Assembly: GCA_000934665.2 (NCBI GenBank)
Contig: JYFJ02000695.1
Span: 1-64,000, forward strand
Direction: 5' to 3'
Length of the DNA stretch: 64,000 nucleotides
Source of the DNA: Catajapyx aquilonaris
Lineage: Eukaryota
This document shows, piece by piece, positions 42,414 to 57,900 of the stretch. The notes beneath the pieces were generated by a model. The model had not been told where the DNA came from, made no database searches, and was given only the letters and a program-made list of their open reading frames with translations. The position numbers and the translations under genes are program-made. Position 1 is the first letter of the stretch; each line of letters opens with the position of its first letter.

Positions 42414-45400
42414 GATATATGTAACTTGGAGAGTTCAGTTACTATTGAACAATAGGTTGTTATTTCAGGGAACATGTTTTGCAATGGTGATTTTGTTGGG
42501 AACCAAACAATAAAGGTTGTGATGATGACACACTAATGGCATTATTCACTTACTTTGAATTTCATGACTCCCCTCATTTTTCTCTTCATTGAAAGCCAAA
42601 CAAGGGCTAAACACATATTGTGTCAAATGTATTTGGCTCACTGGATGCAGTCATGTAAGGGGTTATTACTGAACTGCACCAAATCCAAGAAAAGACTATG
42701 TTGATTATCTTCAGTTGATGGATTTCATCCTAATAAATGCTGTGACAAATGCAGTGAGTCTAGCTCTAAAATTTTGGCAGTAAAGTTCGATTGAATGGCA
42801 CTGTCAATTTCATTTTTCATTGTTTTTAGTAGATAAAAAATATCCTGCTAAACAGTTTCCTCACGTGTGCACTAGGTGGGACACAGTCATAGTCTGACGA
42901 CTGTTTACATGTGGTGCTGAGAAAACTTTTCAGATTGGCCAAAAGGTGTCTCTAGGTTGGCAATGCGATGATAAAATCATACAATTTGAATCATTTACAT
43001 GCCCCATAAGTAGACTATAATATCTGGACCATGATCTGGATAAACAAGCTGTTTTAGTTTCCTTGTTATTAACTTATATAGTTTCACCCCATGCGTCAAT
43101 GAGCCCTTTTATTATTTACTGAAAATATGCGTCTCAATATTATCGGTTGCAAGGCTAATTTACACCTAGTTAATAGTCACTGGCCTGCTTTTCACTCCGC
43201 TCAAAATTTTCATGTGACTTACATAGCCGCCGTTTATGAAGGTACGGTATTTAGTGAGCTGAGGTGATTATTACAGGCCAGAATGGCTACCAACCAAATG
43301 ATAGTGTTATAGTCGACTTTTCTCTCACAAGAACCTGAGATTCAAGTTGATAATAATCCTATTATGTGGATCATGTATTATTTTCGGGGGCTGAGTTACA
43401 GTACGTCATGAGAACTAAAAAAGTTTAATTAACGAGAGGAACAGGATGGTACTAAAACTTATGTGTAATGGAGCCCTATATCGTGTCGTGCCAAGATTTT
43501 TTAAAAGTACCTAATTCTCGGTGCATCTGCAGTAATTACTTCCGGCTGAAATTATTGTTGCTGTTTGAATCGCAATATTAACTCGGTTGACATAAAAGTG
43601 CGATGAACCTTTTTTTTTATTTACGTAACATCAAATGACCTTGGTGGGATCGTTGCATTAGAGGCGAGTTATGTCACGAAGATCACGACTTTGTTCCGGT
43701 CAAGGCTATGAGGATATGGACGTAATTTTCAAAAGGATTTTAAAGGTTCTGTTTCAATCTAACCATTCCGGTTTTGCCAGATTTTTTTTTAACTTCGCAG
43801 TTTTTAACTCCGGCTTGAACTTACATCACCCCTGCACACACAAAGCAGCGTGATTCATTACTGTCTAGAAGAATTACAGAAACTGTCACGTGTCGGAGCG
43901 GTCAAGAATTTCACTCCGAGACCAAAATGATGATTGGTGGTTCAGTTCCAATCAGAATCACAATACGTGATACCTCCCGCACATGTTTTTAGATATAAAA
44001 GATTTCTCTTTACGGATATGATTCGTCAATTTTAACCTGGGCACTATCTTTTCTATTTTCATTTTTTAAAGAAGAAACGGGTATTGCGATATTAGTAACT
44101 GTGAATGGGCACGTCTTTAGCCAAGCTGTGAAAAGATCCCGTTTCTCTTGTGATGAGTGAAGGGATCCCAATTGGGCTGTGGTTAAAACTCTCTGGATGA
44201 AGCATGAAATGGATATGGTGGCGTTGTGAAATCCTCGTGTCCTTTCACTTGAATGGCCCACTCGCACTGTCAACTTTTTTGTCAACAGGTGTCCTCTTGT
44301 GAGAAATTTCTACACATTTGTGGTCAGCTCTTGACGCATGACAGTGTAAGATGTAATTAGCGCCTGTTCGAAATATGGAGTCATCTGCATTAAAAAAAGA
44401 CAGCATTTTAATATATTCAGGGCACATCAACTGAAGGGTTGCTGGATGGCCAGAGGAAACACATCAGCCGGAGGGCAGCCAGGGTCAAAAGGTTCGAGCA
44501 AGAAGCGTTTCTCAGCCTCTGCTTGTGGGAGCAGCCTCCAGCCATGTCCTCATTGCCAAGGACACTTTTTCATTCACAATTGGGCAAAAACAGGTACACT
44601 AGTTTGTCCATCATGATAAGGCGGATCCCCGATTGGCCCGGATTTTGCGCAAACTCCGGTGTATCATCCGGAAATGCTCCACCGACATCAGGGCGTGCCT
44701 GGGAGGATGCTGCAGGACTGGTTGGGATGCTGGGATCAAGGCGTGGTCGCAGCATCAGATCCGGATCGTTACATGCGCCATCTTTATTGGTCCCAGCATG
44801 GTAGGGTAGCGGCTACTTCTTTCAAGTCCAATTGATTTCACGGAGGTGGTCACTCCTGGCTGAGCACCTGTGGACCAAGGTACTTCTTCATTACCCCCCT
44901 GCGAAAGCACGGGTGCAGAAAAGTGCTCCAGCCATCTATAACCGGAAACTCTCACCGAAAGTTGTGCATATATTGCTGAAATGTGAAAATGTTGTCGATG
45001 ACATCAACGGCAACTGCTTTTGTCCTTTGTATAACACGTACCGTTTAACTTCGCGCCTCGAGCACTCACGTTCGTGGTTACACTTTTACAGAATCTGCTT
45101 AAAACCTTGACGTACGGTCGAGACCTGATGTTATGGTTTATGCTTCGCATCACGACTACAGCACACTTCATTCTCACTTCCCTGTCGTCACTGTCGCTGA
45201 TTTGAATAAATCGTATGATGAAACATTGTCGAGCAATATCATTGATGGAATTTTGAGGGATTTGTAGATGCTGTCCGGTGGTGGTGTGCCTTGAGTTGTC
45301 AGTTCCCGAGCTGGCTTGGATAAATGAGAAACGGAAGAAGAAAGGGGAGAAAAATAGTGAAATGATCCGGACCTGCCGAAGGGGATGCTGAGGCGAGGGT

Positions 45401-45952
45401 GGGAAAAGACCGGTCCTTCTGAGTTCTGGCGTGAGTGGGCGGGATGGGAAGCTTCCGGTCTTTTTATTCCCCCCCCCNCCCATTCTTCTGCCCCCCCTCT
45501 CATATACCTTGGCATAATCCTCCTCCTGGTATATCCAAGCAGCAGCATCTTGGTAACCAGACGGGAGGGCCAGTGGTCAAGTGCGTGACCGCTTCTTCAT
45601 TCCGCTGTAATTGCTTTCCACTCAATTACTGATGACCATACTCGAACCCAGGCTGCAATACTGTGATTTACCAAATTTGCCGAACGTAGAGTTCACAAAC
45701 TTTCCCCCTGCAGCTGCCGTGGATGTGGGAATGTGTGTGGCGTGCAAGGACCAAACCATAGGTCAACTCCGTTGCCTACAATGCACCTGAGAACAAACTG
45801 AAAGTCGTGGGACACTCAGGAGCCAAGTGGACAAAAGCATACAGTTGCGTGATGTTGCTGCAAGACATGGCCATCTTAGTGCCAAGCTTGGGACAAGGGA
45901 GAAGCCTGGAAAGAAGCTCACACACATGCTCACGCACCTGAGATGATAATGG

Positions 45953-45981
45953 TGATGATGATGATGATGATGATGATGATG
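45953..45981. repeat. (GAT)n microsatellite
   Basis: About 9-10 TGA/GAT units; explains the poly-His and poly-Ser ORFs in the track. Confidence 0.9.
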
Positions 45982-48900
45982 CACTGACCCTGCCTGCTGA
46001 TCCTGTTATCCTGAAAGGAGACGAAGCAAGTCCAAGTGGCCACTGACCCATTGGCAGGAAGGAAACTGTTGCTGGACAGGCAAGGCAGGCATTCGTGACT
46101 ATGTCTCAACCAGTAAGAAATGTGATTTTAAATTATTGCAATTACTAGAGTGATGGCCTGGTATCGGTGGCACTTTCACTAATGAAGCGGTTATCCTTAT
46201 GAATCGAGATGGCTCATAGATGTGAGACGTGTCGCCATGTGTATCGTGTGTACCGCCCAGACTCGACCTGGATCGAGTTGGTGAGAAAGCGACTGTGTAC
46301 GTCGTCCACCTGTCTTTTCATGCTATCGTAAACGTTGTACAGTTATGGTACTATTCGCCCATTGGATGGATGGATGGCTTTGTAAGGATGAATGGTTTTG
46401 GCGATTACGGATCATACAGTGGACCGGAACTTTCCATTTTTGTGGAACCTTTTTCGCTGCATATGGAGTGTTGCAAGTGGATCATTTTTCTCGGCTGAAT
46501 CTCCAAGGACACCCACGAATTGACAGAGACACATGGACTGGAGCGAGTGAAACCGATGAGGACTTTCATGTCCCGTTTGGTGAAATGTGTCCGGGAAATG
46601 AGACGAAGATTAATCAAGCCTGGAAAGATAAATACATCGGGGTCATTCAGATTGGGTTTCAGATTTAGGGTGAATTGTATAGGAATTTTATGCGGACCGC
46701 ATTTATAGTGTTCATATAGAGCTGGAGGATGCTTGCTCATTAATAGTGCGCTGAAGTCTCATTTTGGACCACCCATCCAAAAAGGAACGTTAAGAAACAC
46801 GGCAGACGAGACTGTCCGGCAAGATTAATGTCCCATATTCAACATGAAGACGAGGCTGGGATGACCGGTCCCATAAACATCGAGCCCATTTACCCGTGTG
46901 TTTTCCCCACTTCCTATGAGATACCATCATTCTTGAAAACTGAAAAGATGTGACTGCCCACATTGTGCTAGGCAGTGACAAGTAAAAGTCAACTCGTGCT
47001 GAAGGAGAAAAAACCAGCGAAAAAACCAGATGTGACGATTGTAATAGATGAAACCTTTGTTTTTCTTATTCACCCACGAAACTTGTGCCATGTGGTACGT
47101 GGAAGGTGGGCTGAGAGGCCGCTGGTCCACCTCAAGAATGTGGTCCGAGAGAAAATTCTTGTGACACTGCTGATGCTCACCTGCCTCTCATTTGTCACTC
47201 ACCCGTTGAGGAATAGCTCATTAGTTGGGCCGGCCCACGACGAGTGCCAAGGACCATCACCTAATTAACACATACGCTTCCCAGCAAATTGAGTTCAGAG
47301 GTGAGGTCGAATGATGTTCCCCTACGAGAGAAAGGCGTTGGCGATAAATCCACTAGCTTTCCCAAATTCTGAGTTTCAATGCTGGAGAAGACAGGAAGCG
47401 GTGGAGGATAACAGGTTGGAGGTTCTTATGAGGTCGCTAAGCTTTTTGGGCGGGGTAGGTAGCAGTTAGGTCCCGACTTCCGCATCAGTGTTGGACCGTC
47501 GTCGTCGTTGCTTTCTTCTTTTTTTTTCTTCGTCTATCTGGTGGTATAAGGAGGTGGGGCTGAGGAGGTGCCTGCTTCTTCTGCCTCTCATGGTGTTCCG
47601 CACGCCCGCGCTTTTCTCGCCGGGCGGCCACTGGCTTCCTCCTGCATCATCATATCCATACAGTTGCCCTGGGAACACATTAGCACGGGGAGAACGCCTA
47701 ATTAGTGCGACTGACTGGGGGCGGAATGTTGCCTTTTCCGACGGCCAATGTCATTAACTTGCCTTTGGTTTCCGTACAATGTGCCACCTTCGCTGTGCAT
47801 TGTAAGGGGATTATGACTTATGCTGTGAATTAGACTCGTGGATTATGCTTTGATGGTGTGATTGTTGTGAGATATTATGGAATGGAGTCATTTAAACTGG
47901 CTTTTCATGAACTCATAGGGTCGTTAAATTCATGCTTCCTGCATGGAGTGTGATACAAAGTTAATTATTTGTTGCAAGCGAGGTTTTTTATTACTAAAGG
48001 TTTAGTTGGCGACCCAAGAATTACGAGATCAAATTAATCTCAGACTGTAAAATATGCTTATGAAATATGCTTATACTGTTATGATTTTGTACTATGAAAA
48101 CAGCTTATAGTAGGCCTACAAATACGCGCAGATATAATTTGACAGCTGTCCCAACTGTGATATCACAATATGAAACTGACAACACACAAATGCGACATTC
48201 TGAAAAGCTTTACTGCACATAATTATGAGAGATTATGACAACATCTTCATATACTATACTTTTTGAACTTGTTCTCCGAATAAGCTCTACAATATGAGCA
48301 GCACAACTTATCCCCTGTATCCTCTTGTATTGAATTATTAATTATTCCGTCGCGTGTTTGTGAACAAATATAATTTAAAGGGGCAGGTCTCTTGACAGCA
48401 ATGCATGATTCATATGTCTGCCATAGGCAATGACATGCTGGCTGGTTGTAAGGTACATATTGTTTAGATAAAAATTAATTTATTGTTCAAAATAACATTA
48501 TTCACGTAGTTTTTTATTCTGTTGAATACTCCCTCCCTAGCTTCAGGGAAAAGCATTTGGTTGATTTGTTCTCAGTCAGGAAGCACAAACTATAGTTTTT
48601 TTGCACTACCATGATGCTGGGCATATTAGCTACTTGCTCCATGCTGAAATTTTCATTAACCCCGTCACAAGCCCGGTCATCAGACTTCCTCGATCTTGAA
48701 TCAAGAAACGCAATTAACCCCAAGTCCCCGATTGACCCTCCACTATCAGTTCATATTTTTTTTTAAACTCAGGTAAGGTGCTTCTTCTCCCAGACCCTCC
48801 CGAAGGACACAAAAAAGCAGACATTTTTTGCAAGCAGTCACGGCGACCTAGCCAAAGAAACGGTTCCCTGGATGAATGGTTAGGTCAGCCCAAGCACGTG

Positions 48901-51900
48901 CGGCCACTTTCCCCTTGTTATCAGCAAGTAGGTCTCGAGCAAAAATGCCCACCGCCCTTGTCCATGAGCGGCATTTATAAGGGAGTCGATTGGACGGAAG
49001 CCTTCCTCCCGCAACACCGCCGGTATTGATGGTGTCCTTGCCCCAATGGAGGCTCCTATGGGCCCACACCCGCTGTAACAAAGAGGAGGTGAACCCGAAA
49101 AACTAGTCTAGGGGAAAGCAACACTTGGAACCTGGCAGCAGATTTGTAATTTATAGGCAAGACTATCCGACAGGCCAGTTCGTTAGTAAGGGAAGGATGA
49201 GTCGGCCCAAATGATCGGGATAGTTTCCAAGAGTGTGTGAAACAGAAGAAGGACGTCTCCTTTCATCTCATGTGTGTTCTGCCACTTCTTGCTTAGGTTT
49301 CTGGTCAGTAACTCGTGATGGTGACACACTGTACTTTCTCATGAGGAGCATCAAGGACCTTCGCTTCTGGGCGTTATTATTATGAAACAATATCAATAAA
49401 CAAGCTGTTTCTTCATAAGCGGGGCTGGGTGTAGTTTGGATGAAAAACTAGAGAGCAGGTGAGGAGGTGGCTGTGGGAACAGGTGGGTCGAGGCTCCATG
49501 TACCTGCAATTAAAAGAGCCGCATGCAGGTGATGTGCTGGGGAAGACAGTGGCCTCTGGGAAGACGGAAGACAATAACTTGGCGAAAAAAGAGGGCCATC
49601 TCTGCGTGCAGTCTGGAGATAACAACACAGGATGGCAGTCGGTGATAACTACATATGCGAGGGATGGTGGTGGTGATGGTAGGGGCCACTTGGTCTCCGG
49701 TCATTCTTGTTTGTCTCACTCCAGGATTCCGACTGATTTATTTTCTGCGGAACCCGCATCCTAATTATTCGCCTTTCCCGCATTTTTGATTATTTATTTA
49801 CTTTGTTCAAACTTGATGGGGGCCTTAGCTCGCGCGCTCATTTTTCGCCATCAATCTGCTAGGGTGAGAGTCATTATGTAAACCTTCTCGCTGGAAGAAT
49901 TCCCAACGGGCACTTTCACGCTATAATTTTATGGCTGCATAAAATCGTCCTGTAATTTTTATTATCGTTCGTCGAATTATGCCGCAGGTTTTTGTCAAAT
50001 TACTATTACATGTGGGTACTTGAGTCTATAAATCATAGAAGAACCTTGTTTTTTAAGCCCCTGAAGTGATGTTCAGTGTGCATTTCATGAATCTTCTGCC
50101 ATAAGGGTATTTGCCCTTATTTATGATGGGAGTCAGGTAACAGAAAAAGAGTGCATCAGGACACAATCATATTGCAACATTCCATAATTTCTTTTCGCAG
50201 CTTCCCAAACCAGTTGCTCGGTTTTAAAAACCTGTAACTTTTTGTGTAATTCATGAGCAGTTCTCTCTGACAGTGCCCGTTATAAGATATATTCAATTAC
50301 TTCTTTCTGGCAGCAGGGAAGCAGTAAAATATGAAATAAATTTCTGCAGCCCTTAACTGCTTGTTATGATTCACTGTTCCAAAGGGAGGGAAAGTGCATC
50401 AGTATACTGTGCAAAAGAGTGAAGATTGATCCCAAGGGATGACAAGGGTGTGTAACAAGGGGCCGAGATTTTTAATGAGCCTAGGGAGCCAGGGAGGGAT
50501 CATTGATTCACCCCTACCCAGCAGAATAAATATCGCCAGAGGGCTTAATCCTCTTATCAATTTCGACTGTTTAATTTGATGTTAACAAACAGTTTAACGT
50601 CCTCTTTTTCCAGATATCCAGGCAGATGGCACAAACGGGCGATATATTAATACGTGCCAGCATTCAAACCGACTTCCTTTCTCTTCTCTCACAAACTCCA
50701 CATGTCGACTTGTTTTTGCTGACTTTCGCGTGTTTTCCAAGCAGACTTTACAAGCAAGGGAGGAGACCAGCCTTGAAGACATGCAGCTGCTCTTCTTCTT
50801 CTATATAATCCGTACTAATCCTCATGTTCTACTTTCTGCGCAATGGCACCGGTTGTCAATAGCAACGTTGGTCACGTGCGACACTTAAGACGAAGTGGTC
50901 AGTGGTCGGGGTGCCGTCTGGCGTCATCTCCATGATCCCTGTACATAAATTCACCTTTCCACCTGCGAAAAAAAAGCTCTTCCTCTGGGCCCTCCCCGAA
51001 TGCCACCTTGCCCCCATGCAACTATACGATAAGAGGGGAGGAAAAGGAGAGGAAGGACAGACCAACCCTTATACACAACGTAGGTAGCAAGCAGGAGAAA
51101 AAGAGGAGAAAGTACAGATGGGCAATGGAGGATCCAGAGGGCCGGAAGCAGCTCGGCCAGAACAAAAGACGCGCTCTGCTTCATGCATGAAAAGAGACTT
51201 TATTCCGGACGGTGTGCTTTTTTTTTTCTTTAACCAACTTGCGTTTCGGAAATGAGCGTTTTTTGGAGGGAGAGATACATGGATGCATGAGGATGTGATG
51301 ATATGTGTGGGGCCCCGACTGCTCAGCCCACATTCGAATTACGCGGCTTTTAATTGGATCCGGTGTCCATGGCGTCGATTTGCAGGTGGAGCTTAAGTCA
51401 GTTTCCATGTAGGGAATCTAAAATGTATGCGGAATACTAATCCGGGGGCTAATTTAATTGTTGGGAGTAAACTTTGATCTTTATTGACTTCAAGTGACAG
51501 GAAGAGGTAAAAGGGGAAGTGTATTGACCATTGGCTCATATGGATGTTATTTCCCACAGGCCTCTTCTTTGAAGGATCTGTCACACATCGGACCCATCCC
51601 CATACTTCATAAAAATCAATGCCCTCTTCTGCCACCCACCTCCTTCAGCTATTCATGTGACACGGAGTAGTATTGAGTTCGATGTGCGTGTTGTTGTGAT
51701 GGAAGTGGAAACTTTGACATGCAATTTTGCAGATGGAAACATAATGTACGCCCTGGCACTCCCCGCAGCTCTTCTAGCGCCACCTAAGAAGTCTCTTATC
51801 TTTTCCAGAGACATAAACCTTCCTACTGCATTGTGTAATAGCGTCCTGACACGTCAAAACAAATTGTTGCTGCCATTAGCACCTGATAATCAAATCAAAT

Positions 51901-54900
51901 TTGTCCTCTGTATTTCTGCACCTACTAAAAGCGCTGTTATCGACTAGTTGTTTTAGTAAAGTGTCAGAAATCTGTTACTTGGTATATATCAGGTCGATGA
52001 TGTAACATGCAGCACAGTGTTATACATGTCTCTTCAGTAACAGTAACGCAAATGCAGTCTGTGCTCATAATTATAATCACTTGAGAATCGACATCTCATT
52101 GCTATTTAGACCGATTTGGCCATGCATATTACCATGTTACCAAGGTCCCCAAATTACCAGGAATTTGCATAGTAACTTTGATTTCAAGTAATGCATCAGC
52201 ACAATTTTCCTCGAGTTGGATATCCCGACAAACACGCACCAGAATCACCCAATTTCCCCTCTTCTTTCTCAATCTTATTATTACAAGGAAGAGAGCGCAC
52301 ACCCATCCCGATCGGCTCTTCTCGCAAGATGCATCGGCCAGAGGTGGCCCTAAGTATGTAACAAGACCCAACCGTAACTCTACCTCTCTGACAATGTAAT
52401 TATAGACCATGGAGGCAAGGAACAATGTGAACCAGCTTTTTGACCCCCGCGACTCTCCATCTCCTCTCTTCTTTATTATTCTTCAGCGTCTCCTTTAATC
52501 CTACCCCAACCGAAGTCAGGCGCCTCCCAAGACTCAGCATTTTGGTCACTTCCTCAACTAAGGCGCTTAGCATAACGTGCCGAAAGGCTCCAGGGCTCCT
52601 AAGATCAGGAGTTTAGGGAGGACAAACGATGACCTTTCTATAGTTAGAACTGGATTTCTCTCTACTGGACCCACCTCTTTATCTCTACTTGGGATGAAAG
52701 TTGGGGCCAACTAGCTGTCCCTAGATCCGTCTCTATTTTTGTACACATTCTTTCAATGGAAGGCCATTACCTGTATACATCCTCAGGTTTGGCGTTATAA
52801 ATCTGCGTAGAAAGGGATGTGTAGAAAGAGCGTTTTTACCTGCAGGCGGGGAAATTGAGTGGCCATGGCCAAGAATTTGTTTCCATCCAGTCCCTTGGTT
52901 GAAAGAGGACTTTATTGAGGGGGGGCCCTAACCTCACCTGAGCAATATCCCTAGTGGTAAAGGTTCGAGAGGGACTACCTGTAAACCACCTTCTCTCTCG
53001 CTGGCTATTCAGAACCAGGGGTATACGAGAATAGATCCTCCTCTACCACCACTCCACTACCACCCTCTGTTTCTCACAGAAATTTTTGGGAGGACTGGCT
53101 CCTTCCCTGACCTCGGGTATCTGGGAGAAAAGTGAGGGGTATATTGAGGACCATTTTCATCCGGAGAAGTTTCACCTCAAAAACACGGATACCTGTCTTT
53201 CGAGTCCCGTTGGAAGGGCTCAGCTAGGAGGAAAATTGGTGTGGTGATCCTTGAAGGGAAGGAAGTCATTTAGGTCTCAGTTTTTTGGGGGGAGAAATAC
53301 AATAAAACATGGTAAAGGGTGGCCCACTTAAGCGATCATGTTGTGCTGTTACAAACACATTTGTCACTTGACATTATAGACGTATTTTTGGCATTTTATT
53401 GTAGTTAGTAGGTTTTTATGCAAGTGACAGTTTGAATTTATTGGGGCAGATGCTCGATTACTATTCTTTTATTTTGAAAACAAATTGCTGAAGACGGCTC
53501 TTTTTTTTACGTCACATCTGCATCGAATAAACCAGTTTTTTAGACACCAAATCGAACAAAAGGGGCAAGTGGACATAACTAACAAAAAGGTTCTCACACA
53601 CCCCACTTACATACGACTTCACTTTCACTTTGCTCTCCTTTCACGATTTATTTGCAACCAAGCACGTGCTTCCATAATTAACTAGCTCCTAAATACAAAA
53701 ATGTTTCTGTTATGGACAATTAGGATCGGGAGTGGGGTAAAAAAGACTACTTGCGGTTTTTGACGGAACGAGGCATGTAACCTGCGGCGCCTCTCCGTTG
53801 TTTGTGGTTGGTTGACGCCCCCCAGGTTGTAAGCAAATGAGCTTATTATGGCCTTTTATGAGCGGAACCCTGATTAAATGCTTGTACACTGGAAAATGAG
53901 GTGACCGTATTACCTGATCTACTCTATGTGCATCGTTACAAGTCAAAAGGGGACAGAAATGAACCTGTGTTTTGTACGGTCGAGGAAGTCTGGTTTCAAC
54001 CAATTTGCAGCAGCCAAAAACTATGGGAGGGCTTCTTTTCAGATACAAGGTCAGGAGACCAATTGACTTCCCTCAACCCTCCACCACCCCAACTTCGGCG
54101 CCTTCCCTTTACCTGCACATTTGGTGTCATAGGGGTAGGTTGTAGAAGGTGCAATGAGAAGGGCTGATGGATGGTGGTGCTTCCAGAGCGAAAAGGTGAC
54201 AACGGTTTATTGCTGCCGGTCCCAAAAGAGAAGGGCATCCGTGACCTTCCGGATGCACAAAGAAATTTATTGTTGACATGATTCGGATGAGCATGTAGCT
54301 AACTTTAATTTCTGGAAATAAACTATGACATGCCATCATCAGTCATTTTGTGCCTAATAATGCTTGTGGTGAATCTTAATTACAAGCCCAAATGGCTCAG
54401 TTTTTGACACCAACAGGCGTTTATTACAGAACCCCCAAAATGAGTCATCTTTACTCATCCCCTACCCCCCCATCCGTTTTTTTGTTGTTGTTATACCAGC
54501 CTGGGCATGGATCCGGATATCACCTGGCTATCCAACAGTCCCCCTTCTCATGTAAACTGCATCCGGGACCTTCTGGAGAGAGAGTGAGAAGGGGGGATGT
54601 GCCAGGAAAAGAGCCATCTCAGAGGGATGAAGAAGAGCCTCAGGGTTAAGAGAAGGGGGGGGGGGGGGATAGACGGACAGGTACCATTTCGGGGGTGGTG
54701 GAAGGAGGGGGAGCTGCCAGAGACCAAGAAGATGGGTTCAGACCCCCCCAGCCCCCACCCCCATCCCCTTATTTCCAAAACCGACCACCACACCTCCCTT
54801 TTACCTCTGGATGGCATGTGGCCTTCACGGGAAAATTTATCTCAGCCCTGTCCTACCCTACCTGAGAAATGAGAGCTTCTCTCCTCACGATTTTCTTGTT

Positions 54901-57900
54901 TGGACCTAAGAGGAGAGAAATGGCATTTCTATGGACCCCGAAGGCCGCTGAATCACCTCCGACCCTTGTCCACTCGCACGTTCAAGTCACCGTAGCATCC
55001 TTTGTTTAACCGGAGGGTTCTACAAAAACTGAATCTTTAATTGTGCAAGGTGGCCATTTCCGGCGCCTTTATCGGGCAGCAACATCTAGCTCCCAAGGAG
55101 GCAGCAGTAAGAAGTAGCAGCATCGCTATCCACTGGGTTGAGACCACCAAAAACCGGCAAGGACAAAGGAAGGAGGCTTCCCGCCCAACGTCCACCACCA
55201 GTATTCTTGTGGGGTGGGGTATTTTTTTGGTGGGTGGGAGATCCATCCGAGTAGCTCTAGAACAAGTCCATTTCCTCCCCATCTGCTCCTCTGTCTTTGC
55301 CCTATTTTTTTTTACCTTAATGTCATAGACTACTTCCGGACCGGGCACTCCCATGCGAGATTATCATCTGCAAGAAGGCAATAATGTAAATTGGTGCCCT
55401 AGAGGCGATTCATTTTTGCGGTTAATGATGTAATGAGTAACAAGTGCTGCGTAGAAACCGCAAGTTTCCGAGAAGGTCTCTTACACAGTGGGCGCACACT
55501 GGATGAGGATGCCGTTTTATGCCTGCCTCACCTGAGGTCACCTGGTCTTCTGTTGGCCCCCCGCTCACCCTCTGTCGAGCCTGTAGGAGCGAACGGGAGA
55601 GGCGGGGTTCCTTCTCCTCCTTCTTCCTCCGTCATCCCCTTTCCAGCTCCTCTTCCTGCTGGTGGCTCCAGGTGACAGCCCTTTGTCTGCCCATCTTCAG
55701 GGGGGCCTCCTGAGAGGATATTGAGGCTCTGGTGGTCCAAGGATGTGGAATGTTGGCTGGACACTACTGGTCAACCGAAGAGCTGGCTGAGGAATTCCAC
55801 TCGGTTCATGTGTGTACAGTATACGCATATGTCGAACTATTTTTCCGTTATGAGGCAGCAGATAGACGCCGGATAAGGGAGATGTTTCTCTCCGGTCTGT
55901 TGCTTATTTCCTGACCACCGGCCTTATAGATGCCGATTTGCATATAGAGATGTTTGTTAGGTTGAGATGGCAAAAAGGACCACTTGCCAACTGCAACATC
56001 ACCTGCTTTTAAGGTCTGGCAGGTGGCGAACCTTCATTAGACTGCAGCACCTCGCCTCGTTTTTCTTACAAGGAGGCGGGGAGCATCTGCATGTGTGTTT
56101 GTGTGTGTGTGTTTCGTTATGCACCTTGACCCCAAACACGTATTATCATCACTTGGAGGAGGCAAAAAATAATCATAATGTACGATGCAGGTGCGCTTAT
56201 CAGGCGATATGTGTTGAGGGTAAAATTCCCGGATGAGTAACGCGGAAACGTAGGAATCTTGGTCTAAAAGAAGGTTTTTGAGAGGAAGAGGCTTGGGTGG
56301 CCGAGATAAGCCCACATGACCCTGAATCAGCCTACAGATCTGGAATACAAGTCATAACACGCACTGAGAGGTTGGCACATACTGACTCAACGTAAGTACA
56401 TCATTTTGGCTATTGGGAGGTCCCGATTAGTTCAAATCATACTTCTGCCATACCACCCACCCACCCGAAAAAGGCTAGGTCCCCCGGAAACTGGATTCTC
56501 CACTTTTGCGCCACTTCGGCCACTTTCCATCCCTGAGAAGAGAAGCTGGAATCCTGCGCTGGCTTGGCTGCTGGCAAATTATTAGGCAGTAGAGCTGTGC
56601 TTCTTAGCTGTTTTTTTTCTTCTTCTTCTTCTTAATTCAAATGTTGGGGATGGAGGGGGTGAACGGCCCCACTTGCCTGTATGAGATCCACCTTAGCAAA
56701 GGCCAGCATGGGGACATTTTATTCATTTGTCGCGGCCAGGAATGCCGTTGACTTTGCCACTCCAATAAATTTCGCGCCTCGCGTGGGATTAACCACCTCC
56801 TTATTGTAATCAAATCCTGAAGCGCGATCGTGTAGGTCTTATACTGTATAACTAGTATAGACAAATAATAGGGTTGAGCACTATTTTGGCAGTGCGTGGC
56901 AGGGTCGGAGTGTATAAGGGGCCAAAGGGGGGAAGTGTTTTGGTTAACAAATCGTTTCGATGAACTCCGGAAGGATCTGGCGGCAGTTCAAGTTTTTCGT
57001 GTCTCCCTGTATTGTGTAAACCTGGTAAGGACATGAAATACTGCCTACCCAATGCGAAGACCTAATGGGCGTGCAGAGAGCACTGGGTGATAGGAGGCAG
57101 ATATGCAAATAACGGAAGGAAACATTGAAGGGGCCAGAATTAGCATAATGACTTGTTGGAAGCAAAAAGAGCAACGGTGGAACATCCTGTAAGTGTAACC
57201 AAGTCGATTTTATGACTGAACATGTTGTTAACGTTACCGGGTGTCGCAAAAGGTTGTTTGCTGAATGTTGCTCACATAATGATTGGTAATTTAATCTGCA
57301 TCTGCAACCTGTATCCAACATCTCTCAGATGTTCGCTGCAGCAGCTACTTTGCATATGTGATAGACACGTACCACGTACTCGCAAGGTTTTGCCAAACAA
57401 TTATTTTACACTCTCAGGAGTTACTGCAAGACCACTTTGTGCCCTCTTAGAACTTTCCAACCAATTTCCCTGAGCTCCCCAGAATATCGTGCGTCACCCA
57501 GTATACCGTGCGGTTTGACAAAATTGAAGAACACTGTATGAGAAGCAGGTGATGATCTCACCTGCAGCAGAATCGGGCATGCATGGCGTCCCCCNCCCCT
57601 TCTACTCCCTTCCTTCAGCGCACGAATTATACAGGAGGCGGCTGCCTCTTTATGTTCCACCCCCCTCCCCTTCCCTCTCTCCCTTCCCAACCCCTATCCC
57701 GCGACCACTACCCAACCCACCTCTCCCCAACATCCTACATCCCAAATCGATACTGCGGTACTTCTGGCCCCGGGAAGAGCCCTAAAAAGAGGGTCGCCCC
57801 CTTCCAGCTCTGCAGCCTCAAAGCCAAATGCAATATGGACACACACAATAAAAGAGTCAATTGTTTAATATGCTTGATACGATTTTGGCGTCGATGTTCA